Below are positions 26,634-35,749 of a stretch of 64,000 nt of DNA, piece by piece. Numbering within the stretch: the first letter of the stretch is position 1; every line of letters starts with the position of its first letter. The notes below the pieces were generated by a model, which made no database searches, had not been told where the DNA came from, and worked only from the letters and a program-made list of their open reading frames with translations. The position numbers and the translations under genes were made by a program. Location of the stretch: positions 1-64,000 of the IMG/VR virus record IMGVR_UViG_3300036770_003943. One strand, given 5' to 3'.

Positions 26634-28030
26634 ACTTTCTTCAATATATTAGCTAACCGATTGCTCGAGTCCATAGTTCGCAACTGCGGCGTGGGCTCTT
26701 TTTTATCAATGATTTCCCCTGTTTCTGGATCTATTGTAGTACTGTGACGGCGTAGTCTTTCGTGTAAGATATCCACTGTAGTAGGAACCGATTCAGCATC
26801 TTCAGCTATGTCTGTTATCCTAAGGCTAGTAGTATCAAATTGTAATTCAATTTTAGTTCCCACCGCACTGCTACTGCGAGTTTTCATAAACTGTATTTGA
26901 ACACGTTGGCGCTCACGCATGGTAATACTGTTAAAAATACCAATAACATTATCCGCAGTCTGTATCTTACTAAGACCTCCTGCGATATGACTATGATCAA
27001 ACTCTACACTTTCTACAGCACCTCTATTCAACTGGCTGGCTGTACAAAATAGATAATTACCCTGTGTAGACATTGCTCTTAGTTCTTCACTTACCAATTT
27101 ATCCTTAATAAACAAGTCTGCTACACTGATCTTTTGACTAGCTGGCATCATCAAGTCTAAATAATCTACGATTATCCAATCAATCTTTTTATTATGTTGT
27201 ATTTGGAATTCTTTAATCCAACTCTTAAGATCATTGACAGTAATGCCGGCTGTGAGTTGTACTATTTGTATCCGACCTGCTGTTTTTCCTTTAAGGCGAA
27301 TCTTCATGTCAACTTCATCGATATTGCGATATATTTCTTTTGTAGCAATGCCCATGAGCATGGCATCCATACGCATACTACAAAGTCCTTCGCTGAGTTC
27401 TAGACTAAAGTAAACACCATTAAATCCAAGTTGACTCCAGTTAAGTGCGAGGTTCTGTAAGAACAAGCTCTTACCCGCTCCGCTACCGCCAGCAAAAATA
27501 TTAAGCTCACCACGATTAAAACCACCATATAATTTATCATCAATACTTTTCCAGCCAGTGCTGGTTCCTCCGTTCATATTCTTAAGTCTAGTAAGACGCT
27601 CTATGGGATCAGCATAATAGTCTGTTCCAAAGCTCTTAGGTAATCCCACACTGGTGGCATCTTTGATTATTCGTTCTACTTCTCCGTACCGCTGCTTGTC
27701 TAATAAATCAGCACTTTTTAATATGGCTTTTTCTAATGCTTTATGTCTGGCAAACTGCTCAAACTCACTGAGAAACCAATCCTTGTGTGCTTGAATTTCG
27801 TGTACAGTTAGTTCCAGGCCAGTTACTGCTTTGATCTGCTCGATAGTCGGGCAGTCACTATATTTGTTAACATAATCTTTAATAAACTCTGCTGTTTGTT
27901 GTAGACTTTTACTGAAGTATAAGGATTCGAGTACGTTCTGACAGCGGCTCAATAGATCCTTGTCACTGATTAAGAATTCTAAAAATAGTTTTTGTAAATC
28001 ATTGCTGTATTCTTTTATTTCTTCATTCAT
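26630..28030 (-). CDS. gp41: DnaB-like replicative helicase (gp41-like)
   Basis: GGSGAGKS Walker A, SLEL, IIVDYLD, TASQLNR, K.R.S; ATGA overlap with primase. Confidence 0.95.
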   Translation of the reverse strand: MNEEIKEYSNDLQKLFLEFLISDKDLLSRCQNVLESLYFSKSLQQTAEFIKDYVNKYSDCPTIEQIKAVTGLELTVHEIQAHKDWFLSEFEQFARHKALEKAILKSADLLDKQRYGEVERIIKDATSVGLPKSFGTDYYADPIERLTRLKNMNGGTSTGWKSIDDKLYGGFNRGELNIFAGGSGAGKSLFLQNLALNWSQLGFNGVYFSLELSEGLCSMRMDAMLMGIATKEIYRNIDEVDMKIRLKGKTAGRIQIVQLTAGITVNDLKSWIKEFQIQHNKKIDWIIVDYLDLMMPASQKISVADLFIKDKLVSEELRAMSTQGNYLFCTASQLNRGAVESVEFDHSHIAGGLSKIQTADNVIGIFNSITMRERQRVQIQFMKTRSSSAVGTKIELQFDTTSLRITDIAEDAESVPTTVDILHERLRRHSTTIDPETGEIIDKKEPTPQLRTMDSSNRLANILKKV

Positions 28031-28998
28031 TTGCAATACCTTTTTGCCATAAGTCGTATTTTAGTTGGACTATGTTCAACTGCTTGTAGTATACTATAGA
28101 CTGCGAACAGTCTTCCGTATTTAAGTACAGCGTCGCTTACATCTTTACAATCTTCCCATTCAGGAAAACTAGCACTCCAACCATAGTCTGCTGCTCGCAT
28201 AACCAAGTCTCGTCCAGCTAGATCCCTGTCAGGGATCACCACAGGTTCTATATTTAATTCTTCTATCAATTGTATTTGTCTTTCGCTGATATTATTACTG
28301 CCCACACTAACGCCTTGCGTAAATAAGGCGTCAAACTCCCCTTCACTGACTATGATATATTCACTATTTAAAGAAATATTGTCTAAGCCAAATACATACT
28401 CAGCCGGTGCTTTTCTTATATACTTCCTGACTTTTTCAGGAACCGTCCCGGCATATCTGGCCAGATAGCCGACTAGTTTATTTTCATAAGTATAAGGAAG
28501 AATTATGCGTTGATTCAAACCAAGATATTCATAATCTGTTTCAAGCCATACCGCCAAGTCAGATAGCTGTCTTTTTTCTAGATATTCTAATTTAACAGGA
28601 TCAGCAATTGGCCTGAACTCAAAGCCGGGATCAAAATCAGGCCAATCAGGTCGCCATTTAAATTCAGGTTCCCGCTTGACTAATTGTTCTAAGTCAGCTT
28701 GACTGAGTAGTTCTAAGGCTAGGCGTTGTATTTCGGCTTCGTCAAACCCTAGTTGCCGCATTAGCTTTCGTATCTTAAAACCCAAACTCCAACCAGGCAT
28801 CCATCCTGTTTTAAAATCACAGTTAAAACAGTGATAACTTAGTCCGCCATCTGGCTGATAGAGTATACCTCCTCTGCGTTTAGTATCTGGCCTGCTTTGG
28901 CCATTTACCACACACATGGGACAGTTTAAACTGATCCATCCTTTGGGACTAGGTTTTCCGTTTATTCTGCTTTTAAGCAGTGTTTGTAAGGCCATCAT
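28027..28998 (-). CDS. gp61: DNA primase (Zn finger plus TOPRIM)
   Basis: CPMC...HCFNC, R.I.P, EGEFDA, PDRD.AG, KD..D. Confidence 0.9.
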   Translation of the reverse strand: MMALQTLLKSRINGKPSPKGWISLNCPMCVVNGQSRPDTKRRGGILYQPDGGLSYHCFNCDFKTGWMPGWSLGFKIRKLMRQLGFDEAEIQRLALELLSQADLEQLVKREPEFKWRPDWPDFDPGFEFRPIADPVKLEYLEKRQLSDLAVWLETDYEYLGLNQRIILPYTYENKLVGYLARYAGTVPEKVRKYIRKAPAEYVFGLDNISLNSEYIIVSEGEFDALFTQGVSVGSNNISERQIQLIEELNIEPVVIPDRDLAGRDLVMRAADYGWSASFPEWEDCKDVSDAVLKYGRLFAVYSILQAVEHSPTKIRLMAKRYCK

Positions 28999-29010
28999 AG
29001 CCTTGTAATT

Positions 29011-29793
29011 TTAACTTCTATACAAGACTTTGTCAACAGTTCCTGTGTTCGCTATATTTGGTGTATGTTTTATTCTTATCCATTTAGCATCGGCAGTAAA
29101 GTTTTCGCCCACTGGGCCTGTGTAATTTGTATAAGTTAATACAGCTGATCCTGAAGACCAAGTTATGGGAAAATATCCCAGTACACTGTTGTATTCTACC
29201 GTACCTTCGACTTCAATGGTACCAGTATAATTTGTCATATTAATTTGTACAGTGTGTAGGTTTCCAGTGTCATTATTTGCTATATTGCTGGTCAATGGCT
29301 GGCTGGTATAAGTACCAGCCGACACAGTGAAGGTACACGATTGACTGGCTATAAACTTAGGATATGCTCCGTCTAATATTTCAATTTCAAGTGTTACTCG
29401 ACGATTGTTATCAGTATATAAACTTTGTCCTAGCCCATCAGTTTGATGTAGTACTGCGCTTATTTGATAAAAACCAGGATCAACATTTACTATTTCACTT
29501 TGAAATATGGTTAGTTCGCAAAAACCAGATTCTGGTTTAACTAACTGTGCTCTCTTTTGAAAGATCAGTTCTCCTGTACGTACATTCATTAGATTAACGT
29601 AGACTGATTTGTTAAGTAGGTTAATTGGTTTACGATCCTGATTTTTAACGTCAAAACCTAACGTACTATCCACACCTTTATAGATAGTTTTTCTTGTGGT
29701 ATTGAAAGGCATATTTCTAGTCTCACTAAATCCTTGAGCACTTATTAGAGTACTCACTTGTGGATAATGTAATAGGGTAAATGTATCACTCAT
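29011..29793 (-). CDS. Putative virion/baseplate protein (Ig-like N-terminal domain)
   Basis: IYKGVD..L.F.VKNQDRKPI.L; late TAAATA box. Confidence 0.6.
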   Translation of the reverse strand: MSDTFTLLHYPQVSTLISAQGFSETRNMPFNTTRKTIYKGVDSTLGFDVKNQDRKPINLLNKSVYVNLMNVRTGELIFQKRAQLVKPESGFCELTIFQSEIVNVDPGFYQISAVLHQTDGLGQSLYTDNNRRVTLEIEILDGAYPKFIASQSCTFTVSAGTYTSQPLTSNIANNDTGNLHTVQINMTNYTGTIEVEGTVEYNSVLGYFPITWSSGSAVLTYTNYTGPVGENFTADAKWIRIKHTPNIANTGTVDKVLYRS

Positions 29794-29840
29794 AATTATA
29801 TTTATTTAAAATAATGGTTAGCAGATTATAAATAAACCCG

Positions 29841-30209
29841 ATGGCAGATTATCACAACATACTCAACAAGTTCCCGTTTTTGTGTTTATGTAAGACAGGG
29901 GAAGAAGAACTTATAGGAATAATGCAAAACTACAGTAATACTCTAGTTAGTATCTACGTCTATAATTTTTTAAACACTAAAGAAGACAAACAACTATTCT
30001 TAGAATACGGCGATGAATGGTGGTGGCAAAGCAATCGACAATTACCGATAAACTTGGTAGTAGGTTTAAAATTTAAAAAACTTAGCTATTGTCTAAGAAC
30101 CTACAATGTAAAAGATTTTGAACTGGTACAAGGTGAACCAGTAAGTCTACAAAATATTATTACTAAAAGAATTAAACGTCGTCAAATACAACTAGTTCAG
30201 AAACTATAA
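29841..30209 (+). CDS. Hypothetical protein (isolated plus-strand gene)
   Basis: TAAATA 6 nt before ATG; WWWQSNRQLPIN motif; overlaps the end of mini-DnaE. Confidence 0.8.
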   Translation: MADYHNILNKFPFLCLCKTGEEELIGIMQNYSNTLVSIYVYNFLNTKEDKQLFLEYGDEWWWQSNRQLPINLVVGLKFKKLSYCLRTYNVKDFELVQGEPVSLQNIITKRIKRRQIQLVQKL

Positions 30210-30760
30210 CTAAGACGGTTCATCTGTAGTACAATAGCCATGGCGTAGCCAATCGCATGGCTCTTTTTAAAGCTGTAAACATCATCGGTTTTAACCCATA
30301 CTTCACGTTCAATTACCGACCAGGGTTGATTTATTAAATGTCGTTTGCCTGGTCTTATCACAGCCAGTACCATAGCTAGTTGTTCTATACTTCGTGGTCG
30401 CATTTGTCTTACAATGTCCGAATGATTATGGATGTGAAACAATTGCTCAATAATTTCCTTATGCTCTAACAACTCCCATTGAGGTTCAAATTCAAGCAAA
30501 TGATCTATTTGTTCGTTACTGGTAAAATCGCAGTATATACCTACATTTAAAAGATCTATCTTAAACCATCCTTTATCTTCAGCTTGTTTGTAATCAAGAG
30601 TAGCCATACTAGTAAATGGGTTAACAGGAGCTTCATGGAAATAAACTCCTGTGTTATGCTTACGAGGTTTATTATCATCCAAAATCATAGCAGGAACATG
30701 TGGTATTATCTTTAGTATTTGTTCTCGATCAGCAAAATCAATGTCAATATCTGTGCTCAA
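30197..30760 (-). CDS. dnaE: Minimal DNA polymerase III alpha (family C) catalytic-core protein
   Basis: DIDIDF, KHNTGVY, FKIDLL, P.S...LA.VLA.IRPG and SFKKSHA.GY motifs in DnaE order within 187 aa. Confidence 0.8.
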   Translation of the reverse strand: MSTDIDIDFADREQILKIIPHVPAMILDDNKPRKHNTGVYFHEAPVNPFTSMATLDYKQAEDKGWFKIDLLNVGIYCDFTSNEQIDHLLEFEPQWELLEHKEIIEQLFHIHNHSDIVRQMRPRSIEQLAMVLAVIRPGKRHLINQPWSVIEREVWVKTDDVYSFKKSHAIGYAMAIVLQMNRLSYSF

Positions 30761-31053
30761 TGTAAGGTTCCTTTGTTTTCAGGAAAAGGATAGATATTTT
30801 TACGTCGATCATAGATAGCACTGACGATTTGTTCGTAATCTTCTTCGTTTAACGCAGTTCTATATATGCTTAGAGCCATGGTGGTCATTATACTGGCCAC
30901 TGCCAATGGATCATGGTGGTCTAAACTTTTGTTAATCATGGCTAGAAAGTCATGATATAGATCTTCTGTACTTTTATTAGACATTATTTTTTCTAACTTT
31001 TTTATTAGCACGATTTTCTGCTGTGTACAATCGCTGTTCAAGTTGATGTACAC
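30757..31053 (-). CDS. Hypothetical protein
   Basis: ORF with GTLH acidic/His tail; start may be the internal Met (MSNK). Confidence 0.6.
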   Translation of the reverse strand: MYINLNSDCTQQKIVLIKKLEKIMSNKSTEDLYHDFLAMINKSLDHHDPLAVASIMTTMALSIYRTALNEEDYEQIVSAIYDRRKNIYPFPENKGTLH

Positions 31054-31210
31054 GCTTTAGTAGTCGTTGAAATGTTTCCGCACTAGGTACGTATATTAAA
31101 TTATTATCAATTTCTAATTCTACCATACCGTTTAGAGTACGTGCCTTAGGAGTATTTCTTCTATCTTTAAGTAAAGCTGGCACTGCTTGTTGACTTGAAT
31201 ACTGACTCAT
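30977..31210 (-). CDS. Hypothetical protein
   Basis: ATG at 31210 overlaps the upstream stop. Confidence 0.6.
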   Translation of the reverse strand: MSQYSSQQAVPALLKDRRNTPKARTLNGMVELEIDNNLIYVPSAETFQRLLKRVHQLEQRLYTAENRANKKVRKNNV

Positions 31211-31887
31211 TTTATCTCCGCTTGATTGAAAACCGTTTGAACCCATTCGGCATCTTCACGTTGTCGCAATACTTTTGCTCTCCAACTGTTGGGTTCCATA
31301 TAGTCTATAAGAGTTTGTATTTGACCTGGTTCAAATCTATCTATTAATCTACTACCCTGATCTGTGGCAAATGTACACCAAGGACTAATTCGACCCATTC
31401 TTATATCCTGTACAGCCTGGGCAGTATCCACTGATTGAAAATAATTCTGCCAGTCTTGTTTGGTTCTTTCTGCCCATGCTTTCATATTTAACACACTTCG
31501 TTCGATTGCCCGTTCTACTGATTCCTTTTTAGTTTGCTCCTTTACATAGTGATCGAACACAGCATCGCTGGTCCATCTTCTCATAGGAACACTATTCATA
31601 ATTAAAAATCGAACAAAATCTTCTCCTTTAGCTAGATTAAGATCAATTATGTACTTGGCCAATTTCATGAATCCTTTGTACAAACTATTGCCAACAAAAT
31701 CTTCATAGCTTTTTTCTTTTTTAGCATTAGGCATAGTAAGTTTACGAAACAGTAACCAGCTTTGAAAAGCTATACGATTTTGAACCTGATCTTTATCCAA
31801 TATTCTACGTTTGGCTTCGCAAAGATGCGAAGTTAATGTAGATTCTCGCGAAAATTCTTTTTTACAATACCTACACAGGTAAGTCAT
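31207..31887 (-). CDS. Hypothetical protein with N-terminal C2H(C/H)-type zinc finger
   Basis: YLCRYCKKEFSRESTLTSHLC. Confidence 0.7.
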   Translation of the reverse strand: MTYLCRYCKKEFSRESTLTSHLCEAKRRILDKDQVQNRIAFQSWLLFRKLTMPNAKKEKSYEDFVGNSLYKGFMKLAKYIIDLNLAKGEDFVRFLIMNSVPMRRWTSDAVFDHYVKEQTKKESVERAIERSVLNMKAWAERTKQDWQNYFQSVDTAQAVQDIRMGRISPWCTFATDQGSRLIDRFEPGQIQTLIDYMEPNSWRAKVLRQREDAEWVQTVFNQAEIK

Positions 31888-32431
31888 TAGCAGCAGCAAT
31901 TATATCTTTGTCTTTAATTTGAAACTGATCGAGAATGTCCCGAGCATGTGACCTTGTATAGGATCTAAACAATAGATCTAACTCCTGTTCATTGAACTCA
32001 GGATTCCTATCAGCTAACCAATTACGAAAAGCGTTGGATTTAGTTCGTCGACCTTTTCCAGGCTGTATATATGGGTGTTTAACTGATTGTCCAATACCAA
32101 CCATACTCATTAGCTTCCATTGTAGGTCGGGGCAGTGTTTAAGGTCGCTAAAGTTAGTGTTAACTAGCTCGTTGGTCATTATCAGGTAATGTTCTATGAT
32201 GTCATTATTGGCACTTTCAGCACTGCTTAAATAACGCATAACTAACCATGGACTAAAACCTTTAGTTTCTTCGGTATTTAAACTTTGATAAAAATCTTTT
32301 TTTCTAGTGTCAGCAGCTGGTAAGACACGCTTAAACATATCTAACATAGGTGCTTTCTTTTTCTTATCCTTGTCAGGGAAGCTCTGCTTGCTCCAGTTAG
32401 TTACATCAGTTAGATCATATTTTTCTTTCAT
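31871..32431 (-). CDS. gp62: Probable clamp loader small subunit (gp62-like)
   Basis: FSPWLVMRYLS motif and H..LQW.L....G pattern. Confidence 0.6.
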   Translation of the reverse strand: MKEKYDLTDVTNWSKQSFPDKDKKKKAPMLDMFKRVLPAADTRKKDFYQSLNTEETKGFSPWLVMRYLSSAESANNDIIEHYLIMTNELVNTNFSDLKHCPDLQWKLMSMVGIGQSVKHPYIQPGKGRRTKSNAFRNWLADRNPEFNEQELDLLFRSYTRSHARDILDQFQIKDKDIIAAANDLPV

Positions 32432-32442
32432 ATACTATTATA

Positions 32443-32943
32443 TTATATCATCTTCTCAATAGCAAGTACTTCTGGTAACTTGTTAGTTTCTTTGACAAAA
32501 TAAGCACACAGTGGTTTTTCGCCAGAATCCAATGGTACTGCTAATATGTGCCCGTGCTTTAACTTGGGAGTAAACCAACGTATGTCTTGAAAAATATTTA
32601 CTATTTCAAGTGGCTGAAAGTCAGGCCTAAAACTACTGATTGGGTTAAAAACAAATGCGCTAAACCCTCTATCATTTACATTCATAATAGGGACTATTTC
32701 AGGATCTCCATGATCCTTTTCTCCAATAACAATGTACCAGTCTAAGGGAACCTGTACAGTGTACTCACCAATTTTAAGTACAGCAGCAGGTGCGTGAAAT
32801 GTTTCCATAAAGATTAAAGGTACGAAATGGTAATCAACATTACGTGGATCAATCCAATCTAGCACTGCGTATCGAAGATCTTCAACTTCGTCGGGCAACT
32901 GATTTAGTTCAAATGCTGTATTGTCTACTGTTAGTATCTTCAT
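32443..32943 (-). CDS. Hypothetical all-beta protein, possibly degenerate Hint domain
   Basis: Strand pattern resembles Hint blocks; no catalytic Cys1 or terminal Asn. Confidence 0.4.
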   Translation of the reverse strand: MKILTVDNTAFELNQLPDEVEDLRYAVLDWIDPRNVDYHFVPLIFMETFHAPAAVLKIGEYTVQVPLDWYIVIGEKDHGDPEIVPIMNVNDRGFSAFVFNPISSFRPDFQPLEIVNIFQDIRWFTPKLKHGHILAVPLDSGEKPLCAYFVKETNKLPEVLAIEKMI

Positions 32944-34391
32944 TTATATTTTACTTTCTGTAAGTTGTAAGGATAACCTGCTTCCTCATAGTATTTCTTT
33001 CTTGTAGCAAGATGTCGCTTGCTAAACTTCGCACTGCTGGTTACGTCCCAAATTTCCACATGGTCCTTATCTTCTGCCCGTCGAATTCCACGGCCAATAC
33101 TTTGGATAACCCTAACAAAACTCTTTCCCGGCTCCAACAAAACAAGATTAAATATCCTAGGTATATTAATGCCTACAGCAGCAACACCATATGTGGCCAC
33201 GATAACTTTATTTTGACTAGTAGCTACTTCATCATATTCGTCTTTTCTATCTGAAGTTTTCATTGCACCGCTGACAAAACTACTTTCTGGAATACGTTCT
33301 ACTAACATTTCTCCGCATTTAACTCTGTCAACCAATACCAAAGTGTTTCCAGTCGAGCTAATGCGTTTGACAAAGTTTGCTATATGGTCGATTCGTTGTA
33401 TATTTGTGGTAAGAAATGTAAGCTCTTCTTGATAACTAGAATACTCTGCTGTATCCTGCAACTGAAGAATATTTACTTGACAGTTGGCTAATACTCCAAT
33501 ATCTTGTAAATCACGAGCAGCAATTTTATTTATTACTGGACCAATGGAGGCTAACAAGGTAACTTGTTCATAATTTTCTTTAGGGATGGTTCCAGTCAAC
33601 CCCCAGCGAATGGGCACATGAGCAAAACTAGAAGTTAATAGTTGTTTGAGTATATCAGCCTTAGCTTGATGACACTCATCCACTATCACTGCGATTACAT
33701 CCTGGGCAAAATCGTCAAGACTAACTTGACTTTCGCCGTTTTTAAATTTTTTTTCCATACTATTAAGGCTTTGCCAAGTACAAATAGTATGACGCTTATC
33801 TAACTCTTTCTTATCACCGAAGTAGACACCAACATCTAAGCCTAATAGGTCATAATCTTCGTAGGTCTGTTTTACTAAGTCTTTATTTGGCACTATAACT
33901 AGACTACGCCCATACTGTTCAACAGACTTACTTAATGTGGCAGTCATTACAGTTTTACCAGCTCCGGTGGCAATCTCTTGAACACACTGAGGTGCTTCTA
34001 AGAATTTGTTTATGGCCTCAATTTGATAGTCACGAAGGCTAACCGGCTCACCTGCCTTAGGATGTTTTTTTGGCCACTGTATATGACTGTGCATGTTTTC
34101 ATGCGCCGGTGTAAAAGAGAAATTATGATGAGGTCTGAGATCATCTATTGTTATATGATAACCGTGATCAATTATGCTAGGTAAAATTTCTTCTAGTAGA
34201 TTAAAAAAACTCGAACCTCCTAGGCTAAAGAAACTTACACAGCCATCCCATCGGCCTAACTTATAAGCAGGGCTGTGATAAGCCCATGGCTGGAAATACT
34301 TTAATTTCTTTTCTAGACTACGTCTAAGCCCTGCGTCTAATCCTATGAACTTTATGTTTACTTCATCTTTAATTTGTATAGTACATTCCAT
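32940..34391 (-). CDS. uvsW: SF2 DNA helicase UvsW
   Basis: LRDYQ, ATGAGKT, DECH, GLTGT, GINIP, QSIGRG.R. Confidence 0.95.
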   Translation of the reverse strand: MECTIQIKDEVNIKFIGLDAGLRRSLEKKLKYFQPWAYHSPAYKLGRWDGCVSFFSLGGSSFFNLLEEILPSIIDHGYHITIDDLRPHHNFSFTPAHENMHSHIQWPKKHPKAGEPVSLRDYQIEAINKFLEAPQCVQEIATGAGKTVMTATLSKSVEQYGRSLVIVPNKDLVKQTYEDYDLLGLDVGVYFGDKKELDKRHTICTWQSLNSMEKKFKNGESQVSLDDFAQDVIAVIVDECHQAKADILKQLLTSSFAHVPIRWGLTGTIPKENYEQVTLLASIGPVINKIAARDLQDIGVLANCQVNILQLQDTAEYSSYQEELTFLTTNIQRIDHIANFVKRISSTGNTLVLVDRVKCGEMLVERIPESSFVSGAMKTSDRKDEYDEVATSQNKVIVATYGVAAVGINIPRIFNLVLLEPGKSFVRVIQSIGRGIRRAEDKDHVEIWDVTSSAKFSKRHLATRKKYYEEAGYPYNLQKVKYK

Positions 34392-34421
34392 AGACTATTA
34401 TAGCATACCTGTCATAGTATA

Positions 34422-35306
34422 TCAACCTTGTTTAGGTTCAAAGTAAGTATTATACACCGTTGAATAGTTCATAATTAGAATCTCTGTTCCTTTACTTTTC
34501 TTCTTGTAAGTTTTAGGATTATTAATATGTCCTCGAGTAGCGGCACTACGGTAGACACTTTGCTTGTGCCATGTAAACTTATCTTCAGGATAAAAGTGAT
34601 GAAGGTCATCAAAATCGTAATAGCTTAAGGCAAATTTGCCTTTTATATTGGCTAAAACATCTGCTAGTTCTTGATGTTTTTCTCTTGGAAAGTCTTTGCT
34701 GTAGTAAAACTCCATATTGTAGTAAGGAGGATCAACATAGAAAAAAGTAGTTTCACTGTCATATTTTTTAATAAGATCAATACAGTCGATTTTTTCAACT
34801 TGATTTATGCTGGCTAATCGATGCGTGATTTTGTCTGTAGATAGTTTTTTAATCAGTGTATCGTATTTGCTAGGATATTTGCCACCTGCTTTTTGCTCAG
34901 TAAAGTAAGGTACATTGTTAATACTAAGGGCTGTGCCGGCAAAGACCTGCGTTTGAAGATAAAGATATTTCAAGGCTAGATCCAAATCGCCTAGTCTAAC
35001 TGTCTGCCAATCCAAGTCACCAAATAGCTCTTGTTGGTATTGTTTGTATAAAGCAAGATTGCTTTTAGGTGTTTGGATCATTAGGGATAATAAATCTTTT
35101 GATCTAGTTCGAAAGCATTCGAACACATTAGCCAGCAATGGATTAAAGTCATTATATACCTTAAATTTAGCTGACTCAACCTTTTGACTTTTGACTGAGA
35201 CCCACCCAGCACCACCAAACACTTCTATAAAATTATCAAAGCGATGTGGAAACAGTGGATCCATCCACTTAACGTGATGTGCTTTACCGCCAATATAAGG
35301 AAACAT
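34422..35306 (-). CDS. dam: DNA adenine methyltransferase (Dam/D12 class)
   Basis: FPYIGGK, EVFGGAG (motif I), YVDPPY (motif IV); target specificity not determinable. Confidence 0.9.
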   Translation of the reverse strand: MFPYIGGKAHHVKWMDPLFPHRFDNFIEVFGGAGWVSVKSQKVESAKFKVYNDFNPLLANVFECFRTRSKDLLSLMIQTPKSNLALYKQYQQELFGDLDWQTVRLGDLDLALKYLYLQTQVFAGTALSINNVPYFTEQKAGGKYPSKYDTLIKKLSTDKITHRLASINQVEKIDCIDLIKKYDSETTFFYVDPPYYNMEFYYSKDFPREKHQELADVLANIKGKFALSYYDFDDLHHFYPEDKFTWHKQSVYRSAATRGHINNPKTYKKKSKGTEILIMNYSTVYNTYFEPKQG

Positions 35307-35344
35307 AGTGTATTATATACTTCTAATAAGTAAAAATCAATCTT

Positions 35345-35749
35345 TTATTTATCGGCTAGCCAAGCTGCGAAATCTTCGCAGTTGTTCATGGTTAGTGGAA
35401 TGTAATCTTCTGGGCCGTTCTCGAGTTTAATAAAATGTTTTTCTTTTAATTCTTGTATATAATCTAAAATTTCTTCTAGACTGATATTACTGATCCATTC
35501 ACTAAGACCAGCTTCGTTACTCAATCTGCGAGACTTAAAATGTCGTTTTATCTTTTTTTCGGCTTCTTTGACGTCTATATCTTCACCAAGATATATACAA
35601 ATAAACTTTTCTGTCCATACCGGACCTACTGCTTGTTGATAAGCAGCAAGCCTTGTTCTTATTTTATCTAAAGCAGATATACCTACCTTATAGTGAGTAG
35701 CGTTGACGACTCCCGGGCAAGTTCTGATATAAAGAGCGTAGGGTCTCAT
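35345..35749 (-). CDS. T5orf172/MUG113 (GIY-YIG superfamily) nuclease-like protein
   Basis: LYI...YKVGIS.....RL..YQ...E.E..IK..F...R....EW. Confidence 0.7.
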   Translation of the reverse strand: MRPYALYIRTCPGVVNATHYKVGISALDKIRTRLAAYQQAVGPVWTEKFICIYLGEDIDVKEAEKKIKRHFKSRRLSNEAGLSEWISNISLEEILDYIQELKEKHFIKLENGPEDYIPLTMNNCEDFAAWLADK

